From Gammaproteobacteria bacterium (GTDB lineage Bacteria > Pseudomonadota > Gammaproteobacteria > JACCXJ01): DNA of 56,475 nucleotides. The notes below the pieces were generated by a model. That model saw only the letters and a list, made by a program, of their open reading frames with translations. It had not been told where the DNA came from and searched no databases. The stretch covers positions 1-56,475 of the forward strand of contig JACCXJ010000080.1 in assembly GCA_013697045.1 (NCBI GenBank). Direction: 5' to 3'. Position 1 is the stretch's first letter. Each line of letters begins with the position of its first letter. Both the position numbers and the translations under genes were made by a program. Shown here piece after piece: positions 16,116 through 25,547 of the stretch.

Positions 16116-17603
16116 TCAGGCCTTGGCGGGCTCGTGTGCGAGCCGGCGCTCGGTCTCCAGCTCGAGATCGCTCATGTAATAGCGCTGCGCCACGGGCCGC
16201 ATGAGCAGGTTGCAGACGAGGCCCACGAGCAACAGCGAGGCGAGCACGTAGAGGGTCACGTTATAGGCCTGGTGGACGGGCACGCCGCGTTCGATCTGGA
16301 ACTCGCGGATGTAGTTGACGAGGACCGGGCCGAGGACCCCGGCGGTGGACCATGCCGTCAGTAACCGCCCATGGATCGCCCCCACGAACTGGGTGCCGAA
16401 GATGTCGGCCAGATAGGCGGGGATGGTGGCGAACCCGCCTCCGTACATGGTGAGGATGATGCAGAAGAGCGCCACGAACAGCGCCACGTGGCCGATCTGC
16501 CCGGCATAGGGGGCCGAGGCGTAGAGCGCCATCCCGAGCGCGAAGAACAGGAAGTAGGTGGTCTTGCGCCCGATGAAGTCGGACATCGAGGCCCAGCCGA
16601 TCCGGCCGAGGATATTGAAGAGGCTCAGGAGGCCGGTGAAACCCGCCGCGATCAACGCCACGTCCTTCTTCTCCTCCGGGGACAGCTCGGCGAGTGACAG
16701 GTCGAGCCCCACGAGGCCGCCGCCGAAGACCTCCTGCAACATCGGCGAGGCCATACCGATGACCCCGATCCCGGCGCTGACGTTCATGCACAAGACCCCC
16801 CAAAGCATCCAGAACTGCGGGGTGTTGGGGGCGCGGTAGAGATGCACGTGCCGGTTCGTGATCATGCTCGTGCGTGTCGCGGACGGCTCCCATCCCGACG
16901 GTTTCCAGCCCGTGGGCGGCACGCGATAGGCGAAGGCCCCGCACAGCATGGCGATGAAATAGACGATGCCGAGGGTGACGAAGGTCTCCCACACACCCAC
17001 CGATGTCGGGGTCGCGTAATGCTGCATCAGCAACTCGGCGAGCGGTGCCCCGATCATGGCGCCGCCGCCGAAGCCCGCGATCGCCATGCCGGTCGCCATC
17101 CCACGGCGGTCCGGGAACCATTTGATGAGCGTGGACACGGGCGAGATGTAGCCGAGCCCGAGCCCGCAACCGCCGATGATGCCCGAGCCCAGCCACAGCA
17201 GGCGGATCTCGTGGAGGTAGACCCCGAGCGCCGAGATCAATAAACCTCCGCCCCAGCACCAGGCCGCGACCACCCCCGCCTTGCGTGGCCCGGCGTGCTC
17301 CAGCCAACGGCCGAAGACGGCGGCCGAGGAGCCGAGGTACACGAAGAACAGGGTGTACATCCACCCGAGCGTGCTGATCTTCCAGTCGCAGCCGTGCGCG
17401 ATGATGTGCTCGAACCACCCGAGATCGGGCGGGCACGGGAGGGGTTCGGTGACACCGAGCGCCTTGCTGAGCGGCAGCCAGAACACGCTGAAGCCGTAGG
17501 CCATGCCGATGGAGAGATGGATGGCCAGGGCTGCCGGCGGCACCAACCAGCGGTTGAAGCCGACCTTGGCGATGGTGCGTTCTTTCGCGAGCAGACTAGA
17601 CAC
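16116..17603 (-). CDS. MFS transporter, oxalate/formate antiporter (OFA) family
   Basis: MSSLLAKERTIAKVGFNRWLVPPAALAIHLSIGMAYGFSVFWLPL; 12 hydrophobic segments; 495 aa. Confidence 0.85.
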   Translation of the reverse strand: MSSLLAKERTIAKVGFNRWLVPPAALAIHLSIGMAYGFSVFWLPLSKALGVTEPLPCPPDLGWFEHIIAHGCDWKISTLGWMYTLFFVYLGSSAAVFGRWLEHAGPRKAGVVAAWCWGGGLLISALGVYLHEIRLLWLGSGIIGGCGLGLGYISPVSTLIKWFPDRRGMATGMAIAGFGGGAMIGAPLAELLMQHYATPTSVGVWETFVTLGIVYFIAMLCGAFAYRVPPTGWKPSGWEPSATRTSMITNRHVHLYRAPNTPQFWMLWGVLCMNVSAGIGVIGMASPMLQEVFGGGLVGLDLSLAELSPEEKKDVALIAAGFTGLLSLFNILGRIGWASMSDFIGRKTTYFLFFALGMALYASAPYAGQIGHVALFVALFCIILTMYGGGFATIPAYLADIFGTQFVGAIHGRLLTAWSTAGVLGPVLVNYIREFQIERGVPVHQAYNVTLYVLASLLLVGLVCNLLMRPVAQRYYMSDLELETERRLAHEPAKA

Positions 17604-17626
17604 GACGTTTACCGTGGCGGTGGCCC

Positions 17627-18076
17627 GTGGTAGGGTTTCGCGAGGTGTCGGTGAGCCCTGAGGGTCCTTCTAGAAGTGCAACCGTGAGCTCGACGCAGAT
17701 CATCATCGCCGTCGCGTTCGCATCGCTCTGTCATGCGCTCGCGCTCAAGATCGCCACCAAGCTCATGGTCGAGGTGCGCGTGAAGTACGGCAAGGCGTAT
17801 CGCATCGTGCTCGTCGAATATCTGGCGGTCGGTAGCGTGGCGGCCGGGCTCTTGTTGGCGGGTGTCGGCGGCCCAACGCTCGCGATCATCGCCGCGACCT
17901 TCACGTATCTCCTGGTCGGCGCCGCTTGTATCGGGACTGCGATCCCAGGCATCGACGGTGCGCGTCTCGGGGTCGGAAACGGCGTGTTGATCCAGGCCAT
18001 CCAGGTCCCGATCATCGTTCCGTTCTTGATCCTGGGCTCATTCCTTCGGGACCTCAGCGCGATATTGGGTGCGTGA
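17627..18076 (+). CDS. hypothetical membrane protein
   Basis: Several hydrophobic helices (IIIAVAFASLCHALAL, LAVGSVAAGLLLAGV, IIVPFLILGSFL). No family recognised; start uncertain. Confidence 0.4.
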   Translation: MVGFREVSVSPEGPSRSATVSSTQIIIAVAFASLCHALALKIATKLMVEVRVKYGKAYRIVLVEYLAVGSVAAGLLLAGVGGPTLAIIAATFTYLLVGAACIGTAIPGIDGARLGVGNGVLIQAIQVPIIVPFLILGSFLRDLSAILGA

Positions 18077-18153
18077 CGATCGAGCGTGTCGAAACGCGGG
18101 GCGCAAGTCAAGCCTCCGGTCGAGGTCGGTCGAGGTCGAAATCCTCGTGCCCG

Positions 18154-18621
18154 TTACCAGGTTTTATACGGGGATGTCGCCAGCGAAACGTTGTAATAAC
18201 GCAGGTCGAATGACACCTCGTCGCCGGCCCACTCCGGTAGTGCGAAGGGCTCCTCGGGCCCCTGTAGCTCGATCTCGGCGACCACGAGCCCGGCGTTGTC
18301 GCCCTCGAACACGTCGATCTCCCAGAGGTGTCCGGCATGCACGACGTGATAGCGCGTCTTGTGGATGGGCGCACCGACGCATAGCGTCTCGAGGATGTCC
18401 TCGGCGTCCGCGATCGGGATGGGATAGTCGAACTCCAGGCGAGAGATGCCGAGTGTGGCACTCTTGATATTGAGCCAGGCCCGTTCGCCCGCGACCCGCA
18501 CGCGCACGGAGCACGGGCCATTTTGGGTCAGATAGCCCTGACGCATGCGAATGCCCGCGGATGCGTCGCTCCGCCACGCATCGTTCTCGAGCAGGAACTT
18601 TCGTTCGATCTCCCTGGCCAT
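18154..18621 (-). CDS. CYTH domain protein (triphosphate tunnel metalloenzyme)
   Basis: MAREIERKFLL N-terminal ExExK motif; WEIDVFEGDNAGLVVAEIEL. Start at Met42 of ORF 18154..18744. Confidence 0.85.
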   Translation of the reverse strand: MAREIERKFLLENDAWRSDASAGIRMRQGYLTQNGPCSVRVRVAGERAWLNIKSATLGISRLEFDYPIPIADAEDILETLCVGAPIHKTRYHVVHAGHLWEIDVFEGDNAGLVVAEIELQGPEEPFALPEWAGDEVSFDLRYYNVSLATSPYKTW

Positions 18622-18734
18622 GGCGTTCTTCACGCGGCTCGCGGGCGAGTCGCGGGCAACGCGCGACAACATAATCGAAAACCCCGCGGAGGTCGATCCG
18701 GAGCGAGGGAAGCGGGTACGATCCGCCGGCTTCG

Positions 18735-19964
18735 ATGAGAACACTCGTCATCATGCCCTTCCTGGGGTTCGCCTCCGGCCTCCCCTTGGCTTTGACCTCG
18801 GGGACGCTGCAGGCGTGGCTCACCACCATGGGCCTCGACATCCGCACCATCGGCGTGCTGTCGCTGGTCGGTCTGCCCTATACCGTGAAGTTCCTGTGGG
18901 CGCCCCTCATGGACCGCTACGCACTGCCCTGGCTCGGCCGCCGGCGGGGCTGGATGTTGGTGACGCAGATCGGTCTCGTCGCGGCGATCGCCCTAATGCC
19001 GGCCGTGTCGGCCGGCGGCTGGGTCGGAGCCCTCGCCCTGTGCGCGCTGCTCGTGGCGTTTCTGTCGGCCTCTCAGGACGTCGCCTTCGATGCCTACCGC
19101 GCCGATGTCCTGAAGCCGGCGGAGCGCGGTATGGGGGCCGGGCTGTCGATACTCGGTTACCGGTTGGCGATGTTGGTCTCGGGGGCCATGGCCTTGATCC
19201 TGGCGGATGCGTTCGGATGGGAATGGACCTATCTCGGGATGGCCGGGCTCATGGCGGTGGGTTTAATCGCGACCGTTTCCTGTAAAGAACCGCCCCCGCC
19301 CGAGGCATCGCCCGGCGGTGCCGGATCGAACATCTTGGTCGACCCGCTGCGGGCTTTTATGGCACGCAAGGACGCCGTGTCGATGCTGTTCCTGGTGGTC
19401 CTCTACAAGCTCGGAGATGCCTTCGCCGGGGCGCTGACGACCGCGTTCCTGATCCGCGGGGTCGGGTTCTCGCTCACCGATGTCGGGGTGGTGAACAAGG
19501 GTCTGGGGCTGGCGGCGCTCTTGGTGGGCGCGCTGTGGGGAGGGGCCTTGCTGGCCCGGATCGGACTGTATCGGGCCTTGCTGGGCTTCGGGGTGCTGCA
19601 GGCCGTGACCAACCTCGGCTTTGCGTGGCTCGCGCTCCTCGGCAACGATTACGCGGCGATGGCCACGGTGGTGGCACTGGAGAACCTGAGCGGCGGGATG
19701 GGTACGGCGGCGTTCGTCGCCTTGCTCATGGCACTCTGCGATCGCCGCTACACGGCCACGCAATACGCCTTGCTGTCGGCGCTGGCGTCGATCGGTCGGG
19801 TGGTGGTGAGCCCGGCCTCGGGATTCGCGGTGGAAGCCCTTGGGTGGGCGGCGTTCTTCGTGCTGACGTTCCTAAGTGCCGTTCCCGGCCTCTGGCTTAT
19901 GATGCGGCTGCGCCATACGGTGATGGCGCTACACGCGCATGGCCCGTCGGCTACCGCGACCTGA
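18735..19964 (+). CDS. ampG: AmpG family muropeptide MFS transporter
   Basis: FLGFASGLPLALTSGTLQAWL ... YTVKFLWAPLMDRY ... GRRRGWML. Confidence 0.85.
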   Translation: MRTLVIMPFLGFASGLPLALTSGTLQAWLTTMGLDIRTIGVLSLVGLPYTVKFLWAPLMDRYALPWLGRRRGWMLVTQIGLVAAIALMPAVSAGGWVGALALCALLVAFLSASQDVAFDAYRADVLKPAERGMGAGLSILGYRLAMLVSGAMALILADAFGWEWTYLGMAGLMAVGLIATVSCKEPPPPEASPGGAGSNILVDPLRAFMARKDAVSMLFLVVLYKLGDAFAGALTTAFLIRGVGFSLTDVGVVNKGLGLAALLVGALWGGALLARIGLYRALLGFGVLQAVTNLGFAWLALLGNDYAAMATVVALENLSGGMGTAAFVALLMALCDRRYTATQYALLSALASIGRVVVSPASGFAVEALGWAAFFVLTFLSAVPGLWLMMRLRHTVMALHAHGPSATAT

Positions 19965-20358
19965 ATTTCTGATGGCGACGGCCGTAGCGGCTCCGGTTTC
20001 CGTCGTAGTACCCCCGGTAGTACCCGTCCTCGTAGCCGTTGTAGAACCCCGGGGCGTAAGAAGGGTATCCGTAGGTGGGCGGGACATAGTTGATCGACGG
20101 GCCGAAAGATGAGCCACCGTACCGGCAGTGGGAGTAGAATCCGCCATAGGGCTGGGAGCACGAATCGAACCCCCCCGTGCTGTAGCCGAAGGAGAACCGG
20201 CCCCCGGGCCCGCTAGGTTGAGGGCGCATGCCATAGCCTCGATAGTCGCCCCCTGCGGATCGCATCTGGGTCCCGAAGGACCAGGCTTCGGCGTTGCTCA
20301 TGGCACTCACGGCCAATGCGCTTAGCATGATCGTACGGAATGGCTTACGCATGGACAT
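19951..20358 (-). CDS. secreted Gly/Tyr-rich low-complexity protein
   Basis: Signal peptide MRKPFRTIMLSALAVSAMSNAEA, then a roughly 110-aa Gly/Tyr/Ser/Pro-rich body and a basic tail. The 3' end overlaps the ampG 3' end by 14 nt. Confidence 0.55.
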   Translation of the reverse strand: MSMRKPFRTIMLSALAVSAMSNAEAWSFGTQMRSAGGDYRGYGMRPQPSGPGGRFSFGYSTGGFDSCSQPYGGFYSHCRYGGSSFGPSINYVPPTYGYPSYAPGFYNGYEDGYYRGYYDGNRSRYGRRHQKFRSR

Positions 20359-20424
20359 CTCCTTCGGGTGCGATAGAGGGTAGACCCGCGTGCTGTAGCA
20401 AAGTTTAGGACACAGGATGGTCTG

Positions 20425-20709
20425 ATGGCGACCCCCCGGATCGAGATCGAGTACTGCACGCAGTGCCGCTTCGTGCTGCGCGCGGCCTGGCTGGCCCAGG
20501 AGGTCCTGCTTACGTTTGGTGCGGGCATAGGGGAGGTCGCCCTGATCCCAGGCTTCGGCGGGCGTTTCGAGGTGCGCCTGGATGGCGAGGTCCTATTTTC
20601 CCGCCACCCGCGCGGCCGCTTTCCCGAACCCCGTGAGATCAAGGAGCTCATCCGTGACCGGATAGCTCCCGGTATGGCGATCGGCCATGGGGGAGGAGAA
20701 CCCCCGTAA
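20425..20709 (+). CDS. SelT/SelW/SelH (Rdx) family redox protein, Cys form
   Basis: RIEIEYCTQCRFVLRAAWLAQE with a CxxC redox motif; GRFEVRLDGEVLFSR; 94 aa. Confidence 0.8.
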   Translation: MATPRIEIEYCTQCRFVLRAAWLAQEVLLTFGAGIGEVALIPGFGGRFEVRLDGEVLFSRHPRGRFPEPREIKELIRDRIAPGMAIGHGGGEPP

Positions 20710-20728
20710 GGATCCCGCGGGCGTGGTC

Positions 20729-21919
20729 ATGACCCCCTCTCGGGACCGTCGCAGAGACCGCTGGCCGGCGCCGGATCCGGAAGCGCTTGCCCACGCGGCC
20801 CGGCTCGTCGATGCGATCGCCGCCGAGATCGGCGCACAGGGTGGCAGCATCGGCTTCGACCGCTACATGGAGCTTGCCCTGTACGCGCCCGGTCTCGGGT
20901 ATTACAGCGCGGGGCTTCAGAAGTTCGGGGCGACCGGCGATTTCGTCACCGCTCCCGAGATCTCATCGCTCTATGGGCGCTGCCTCGGGGGCTTTTGTGC
21001 GGAGGTCCTGACGGCCGTTGGCGGTGGCGAGATCCTGGAGCTCGGGGCCGGCAGCGGGCGGCTCGCGGCCCAGGTGCTCGGGACGCTCGGCCGCCTCTCG
21101 ATGCTGCCGGGGCGCTATGCGATCCTGGAGATCAGCGCCGAGTTGCGGGCGCGCCAGCGCGACACCCTGGAGGCCTCGCTCCCCGAGCTCCTCCCGCGCG
21201 TCGTGTGGCTGGAGCAACTGCCCGAGACGCCCTGGACCGGCATCATCCTCGCCAACGAGGTCGCAGATGCCTTGCCGGTACGGCGCTTCGCCCTCCTCGA
21301 GGCCGGGATCTTCGAAGGGTGCGTCGGGTGGGACGGCTCCGGCTTCGTGTGGGTGGAGGCGCCCGCGGCCCCCGAGTTGGTCGAATTCGTCGCCCGGGTC
21401 CGGCGCGACCACGGCCTCACGCCGCCCTACCGGTCGGAATTCCGGCCCCGCGTCGCGCCGTGGCTGTCCGCGCTTACCCGGCCGCTCGCGAAAGGCGTCT
21501 TGCTGTGCATCGACTACGGCTGTGTCGGGCGCGAATACTACAGCACGGAGCGCCGCGACGGCACGCTGTTGTGCCACTACCGGCACCGGGCCCATGCCGA
21601 TCCGCTGGTGCTCACGGGGCTCCAGGATATCGGCGCCTGGGTGGATTTCACGGCGTTCGCCGGCGCGGGGTGCGACGCCGGGCTCGATCTCTACGGGTTC
21701 ACGACCCAGGCCCACTTCCTCATCGACTGTGGCCTCGAGCGCGTGCTCGCCCAGGCGCGGGAAAACGACCCCGACCGTTACCTCATCCAGGCCCAGGAGG
21801 TCAAGCGACTGATCCTGCCGGGCGAGATGGGCGAGCATTTTAAGGCCATCGCGCTGGGGCGCGGCCTATCCGGGGCGCTACCCGGCTTCTGCCGTACCGA
21901 TCAGCGCCATCGGCTGTGA
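20729..21919 (+). CDS. class I SAM-dependent methyltransferase, MidA/NDUFAF7 (DUF185) family
   Basis: FDRYMELALYAPGLGYYSAG...KFGATGDFVTAPEIS...ILELGAGSGRLA. ATG 20729 preferred over 20687. Confidence 0.85.
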   Translation: MTPSRDRRRDRWPAPDPEALAHAARLVDAIAAEIGAQGGSIGFDRYMELALYAPGLGYYSAGLQKFGATGDFVTAPEISSLYGRCLGGFCAEVLTAVGGGEILELGAGSGRLAAQVLGTLGRLSMLPGRYAILEISAELRARQRDTLEASLPELLPRVVWLEQLPETPWTGIILANEVADALPVRRFALLEAGIFEGCVGWDGSGFVWVEAPAAPELVEFVARVRRDHGLTPPYRSEFRPRVAPWLSALTRPLAKGVLLCIDYGCVGREYYSTERRDGTLLCHYRHRAHADPLVLTGLQDIGAWVDFTAFAGAGCDAGLDLYGFTTQAHFLIDCGLERVLAQARENDPDRYLIQAQEVKRLILPGEMGEHFKAIALGRGLSGALPGFCRTDQRHRL

Positions 21920-21988
21920 CGATTCGGCCCTCCCGGCGGGACCGGGGTGGGTAGGATCGTTCTGGGTGATGGGAGCGGGGACTAGCCC

Positions 21989-22447
21989 TCAGGCGTCGCC
22001 TCGGACACGGAGCTTGGTGGCGATGAGGTCTTTATGCGGCATGTGGATGAGATCCGCGATCTTACGGATAACGTGCTCCTCGAACTGGTGCAGGCTGCCG
22101 TCGGCATAGCCCACCCGCCACAGGTGCTCGATGAGCGTCACCTTCTCGATGGGGCTGAAGGCGCGGTTGATCTGGGTGGTGAACTGGTAGAGGTCCGTGG
22201 CGGCGTGTGCCTCCTCCTCCGCCAGCGCGATCAGCGCCGTGGCCTGTGCCGGGTCGAGGTCGAAACGCTCCGCGATCGAGATCAGGACCTGCGCCCGCTC
22301 GCCCTCGGCAATAGCGTCATCCATGCGCACGACCTCCGCGAACAAGGCGGCGACCGCGATCCGCACCCGTTGCTCCTCGTCCCGGTACGCGTCGCGGCCA
22401 CCCGGCGCGATGTTCTCCTCGAAGAATGACCTGATCGCCTCCAGCAT
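21989..22447 (-). CDS. TerB family tellurite-resistance-like protein
   Basis: MLEAIRSFFEENIAP...VAALFAEVVRMDDAIAEGER...HLWRVGYADGSLHQFEEHVIRKIADLI. Confidence 0.8.
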   Translation of the reverse strand: MLEAIRSFFEENIAPGGRDAYRDEEQRVRIAVAALFAEVVRMDDAIAEGERAQVLISIAERFDLDPAQATALIALAEEEAHAATDLYQFTTQINRAFSPIEKVTLIEHLWRVGYADGSLHQFEEHVIRKIADLIHMPHKDLIATKLRVRGDA

Positions 22448-22547
22448 CGTTCCCCCCGATGATCCCAGGCTCGATGTCCGATCCTGACACACGCGCACGG
22501 CGCGTCAAGCGCTGCGGAACCGGCGGGCACTGGGTCACCCCATGAAC

Positions 22548-22567
22548 GGTTTTTTCACAACTCTCAG
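22548..22567. repeat. solo terminal repeat of the GTGAAAAAACC element family
   Basis: GGTTTTTTCACAACTCTCAG is identical to 902-921. It contains the ppsR stop codon (22566-22564). Confidence 0.8.
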
Positions 22568-23382
22568 TACATGCGCCGGCTCAGCCCCAGGTCCTGCAGG
22601 ATGCGCGAGGCGATCTCCTCGATGGAGACGGCGGTGACGTTGAGCCACCGCAACCGTTCGCTGCGGTACAGGGCCTCGGCGTCATAGGTTTCCTTCTGGC
22701 ACTGGCGCAGCGAGGCATAGACACTCCTGGGGCGGCGCTCGCTGCGGATGCGGTGCAGGCGCTCGGCATCGATGCCGAGGCCATAGATGCGCTCCCGCAC
22801 CGGCTCGAGCGCGCGCGGCAGGCGGTTCGCGCACAGGTCGTCTTCGGTCAAGGGATAGTTGGCGGCACGCACGCCGAACTGCATGGCGAGGTAGATACAG
22901 GTGGGCGTCTTGCCGGTGCGCGACACGCCGAGCAGGACCACATCCGCCTGACGGTAGCGCTCGACGTTGGCGCCGTCGTCGTGGCTGAGCGCGAAGTTGA
23001 GGGCGGCGATGCGCACATCGTATAAGGCCTTGTCCACGAGCCCGTGCGATCGGCCCTTGGCATGGTCCGAGCGCGTACCGAGCTCGGCCTCCAGCGAGCG
23101 CAGGAACCCCACGAAGATGTCGAGCACCAAGGCGTTCGCCGACATCAATAGGTCCACCAGGCCCGGATCGGTCAGGCTGGCATAGACGATGGGCCGCACG
23201 CCGTCCTCGCGTGCGGCACGGTTGACCAGGGCGAGGGCCGCCTCGGCGTTTTCAACGCTGTCGATGAACGGCAGCGTGACCTGCTCGTAATCAAACCCGC
23301 TGAACTGCGTGAGCAGGCTGTGGCCCAGGGTCTCGGCGGTGATGCCGGTGCCGTCGGAGATGAAAAAGACGGTGCGGCGCAT
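22564..23382 (-). CDS. ppsR: PEP synthase regulatory protein (pyruvate, water dikinase kinase/phosphorylase, DUF299)
   Basis: MRRTVFFISDGTGITAETLGHSLLTQF ... LLGVSRTGKTPTCIYLA. Confidence 0.9.
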   Translation of the reverse strand: MRRTVFFISDGTGITAETLGHSLLTQFSGFDYEQVTLPFIDSVENAEAALALVNRAAREDGVRPIVYASLTDPGLVDLLMSANALVLDIFVGFLRSLEAELGTRSDHAKGRSHGLVDKALYDVRIAALNFALSHDDGANVERYRQADVVLLGVSRTGKTPTCIYLAMQFGVRAANYPLTEDDLCANRLPRALEPVRERIYGLGIDAERLHRIRSERRPRSVYASLRQCQKETYDAEALYRSERLRWLNVTAVSIEEIASRILQDLGLSRRMY

Positions 23383-23905
23383 TGCAGAGATGATACTCGA
23401 CCGCCGAACATCCGGCCCGATGAACGAAAGGGTGGTCGGTACGCGCGGCGAAACGCCGTCGTCGAGGCTCGACGCGATCGATTACGCTTCGACTAGCGCA
23501 CGAGGTCGAAGGCGATGCCCGCGCTCGCAGCGAGGGACCACCACTGGCGATCGCCGTCAGGGGCCGGCGCGCCGAGGCATCGAGGACCACGCCGGTCATT
23601 CGCGTGCGGTCTCCACGCGCCGCTCCGTCAAGGAAGCCTCGCCGGTCCTGCTGGCCAACGCCGAGATTACCAAGGATGGAAGTAAGCTAGGGACATGCCT
23701 CAAAGGCCCATGTGTCCAGGCGCTGGCGACTCGGGCCGAGGGCCAGCGTCCTGGTGGGCGGAGGTCACTCCGCATTTCCGAGTCGATAGGGGATGCTCTC
23801 CGTTGATGATCGGATGGGCCGTGTCGGGGCCTCGACCACCGCGTGCCATCGCGCTGGCGCAACGGTGCGGGCGCCGCTGCGGGCGCGGCTCGGCACCGAT
23901 CCCCG

Positions 23906-25510
23906 ATGAGTCTGCCGGCCCGCGTCGATGTGCTGGTGGTCGGGGCCGGTCCGACGGGCCTCATGCTCGCCGTCCAGCTCGCGCGCCGCTCGGTGCGTGT
24001 CCTCATCGTCGACCGAAACCCCGGTCCCTCAGTTGCGACCAAGGCCCTGGGCGTGCAGGCGCGTACCGTCGAGATCTATGCGAGGCTCGGCATCGCCGCG
24101 CGCGCGCTGGAGGCCGGGACGCGCGCCAGCGGCGCCAATATATGGGTCGAAGACCGACGAGCCGCACGCGTACCGCTCGGGGACATCGGGCGCGACCTCA
24201 GCCCCTATCCGTTTCTCCTCATCCTCGGGCAGGACGACAACGAGCGCCTGCTCGGGGACGCGTTGCGCGATGAGGGCGTCGAGGTGCACTGGAACACCGA
24301 GCTCGTCGCGCTCGTCCAATCCCCTGAAGAGGCGTCGGTCACACTAAAACGGCCGGACGGCGCGCTGCAGGCGATCAAAGCGGGCTGGGTGGCGGGCTGT
24401 GACGGTGCGCACAGCGCGGTACGGCGTCTCACAGGGATCGCGTTTCCCGGTGCGCCTTACGAGCACGTCTTTTTTGTCGCCGACACGCGCGCCCAAGGTC
24501 CCATGGTGCCGGGCGAATTGAACGTCTACCTGTGGCGCGATGGCTTTCATCTATTCTTCCCGCTGCGCGGAGAACAGCACTGGCGCGTGGTCGGGATCTT
24601 GCCGCGGGAGTTGCGCGCCCGCGAGGACCTTCGTTTCGATAGCGTGGTTGCTTCGATCCGAAGAGAGGCGGGATCGGCCCTCGCATTCACCGCCTGCAAC
24701 TGGTTTTCGACCTATCGGATCCATCACCGGCGCGCCGAGCGGTTCCGGCAGGGTCGCGCATTCCTGCTCGGCGATGTGGCGCACATCCATAGCCCGGTCG
24801 GCGCCCAGGGCATGAACACGGGGCTGCAGGACGCCTACAACCTGGCGTGGAAGCTCGCGCTCGTGACGCAGGAGAAGGCCTTCGACGACTTGCTCGACTC
24901 CTATGAGGCCGAGCGCGTCCCGATCGCGGAGCGGCTTCTCAGGACCACCGACCGTGCCTTCTCTCTCATCGTCTCCGACCGCTGGTTCGGCAGCGTCTTC
25001 CGCACCCGGGCGCTCGCCAGGCTGCTCGGCTTCGCGATGGGACGCGAGGCCTTGCGGCGCCTCGCGTTTCGTACCATCTCCCAGATCGGGATCCACTACC
25101 GCGCGAGCCCGCTTTCGGAGACCCTGTCGGACCTGCCGGAGGGCGCGCCGCGTGCCGGCGAGCGCTTCCCGTGGCTGCGGCTTGCCTTCACATCGGGCGC
25201 TCCGGTCGAGGACCTGTTCGAGCGGCTCGACGATACACGTTTCAATCTGATCGTGGTCGGGCAGGCCGTTCCTCCGGCCATCGCCGAACGATCCGGCCTC
25301 GGGGAGCTTCTCCTGGTCCATAGCGTTCCCGACCAGCCGCTCAACGCTCGGGAGCTCGGCCGCGCGCGCATACCGAGTACCTCGTTTTTTCTCCTGCGTC
25401 CCGACGGTCACGTCGGCCTCGCCGGGGCGCGGCTCGACAGCACCGGGCTCGCGCGTTACCTGGCCGAGCGTTTGAAGTTTCGGACGAGGCCCGCAACACC
25501 TCGCCGATAG
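23906..25510 (+). CDS. FAD-dependent aromatic-ring monooxygenase (PheA/TfdB-like)
   Basis: VDVLVVGAGPTGLMLAVQLARRSVRVLIVDR (GxGxxG); LLGDVAHIHSPVGAQGMNTGLQDAYNLAWKL. ATG 23906. Confidence 0.85.
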   Translation: MSLPARVDVLVVGAGPTGLMLAVQLARRSVRVLIVDRNPGPSVATKALGVQARTVEIYARLGIAARALEAGTRASGANIWVEDRRAARVPLGDIGRDLSPYPFLLILGQDDNERLLGDALRDEGVEVHWNTELVALVQSPEEASVTLKRPDGALQAIKAGWVAGCDGAHSAVRRLTGIAFPGAPYEHVFFVADTRAQGPMVPGELNVYLWRDGFHLFFPLRGEQHWRVVGILPRELRAREDLRFDSVVASIRREAGSALAFTACNWFSTYRIHHRRAERFRQGRAFLLGDVAHIHSPVGAQGMNTGLQDAYNLAWKLALVTQEKAFDDLLDSYEAERVPIAERLLRTTDRAFSLIVSDRWFGSVFRTRALARLLGFAMGREALRRLAFRTISQIGIHYRASPLSETLSDLPEGAPRAGERFPWLRLAFTSGAPVEDLFERLDDTRFNLIVVGQAVPPAIAERSGLGELLLVHSVPDQPLNARELGRARIPSTSFFLLRPDGHVGLAGARLDSTGLARYLAERLKFRTRPATPRR

Positions 25511-25547
25511 AACGGCCGTGTTCGTCCCCGTGATTGACCGAGGTGTT

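Noticed and set aside
20425-20709. Possible selenoprotein (SelW-like family) with a recoded UGA.
   Set aside because: The redox motif is encoded as Cys-x-x-Cys (TGC ... TGC), there is no in-frame TGA, and I saw no SECIS-like hairpin.
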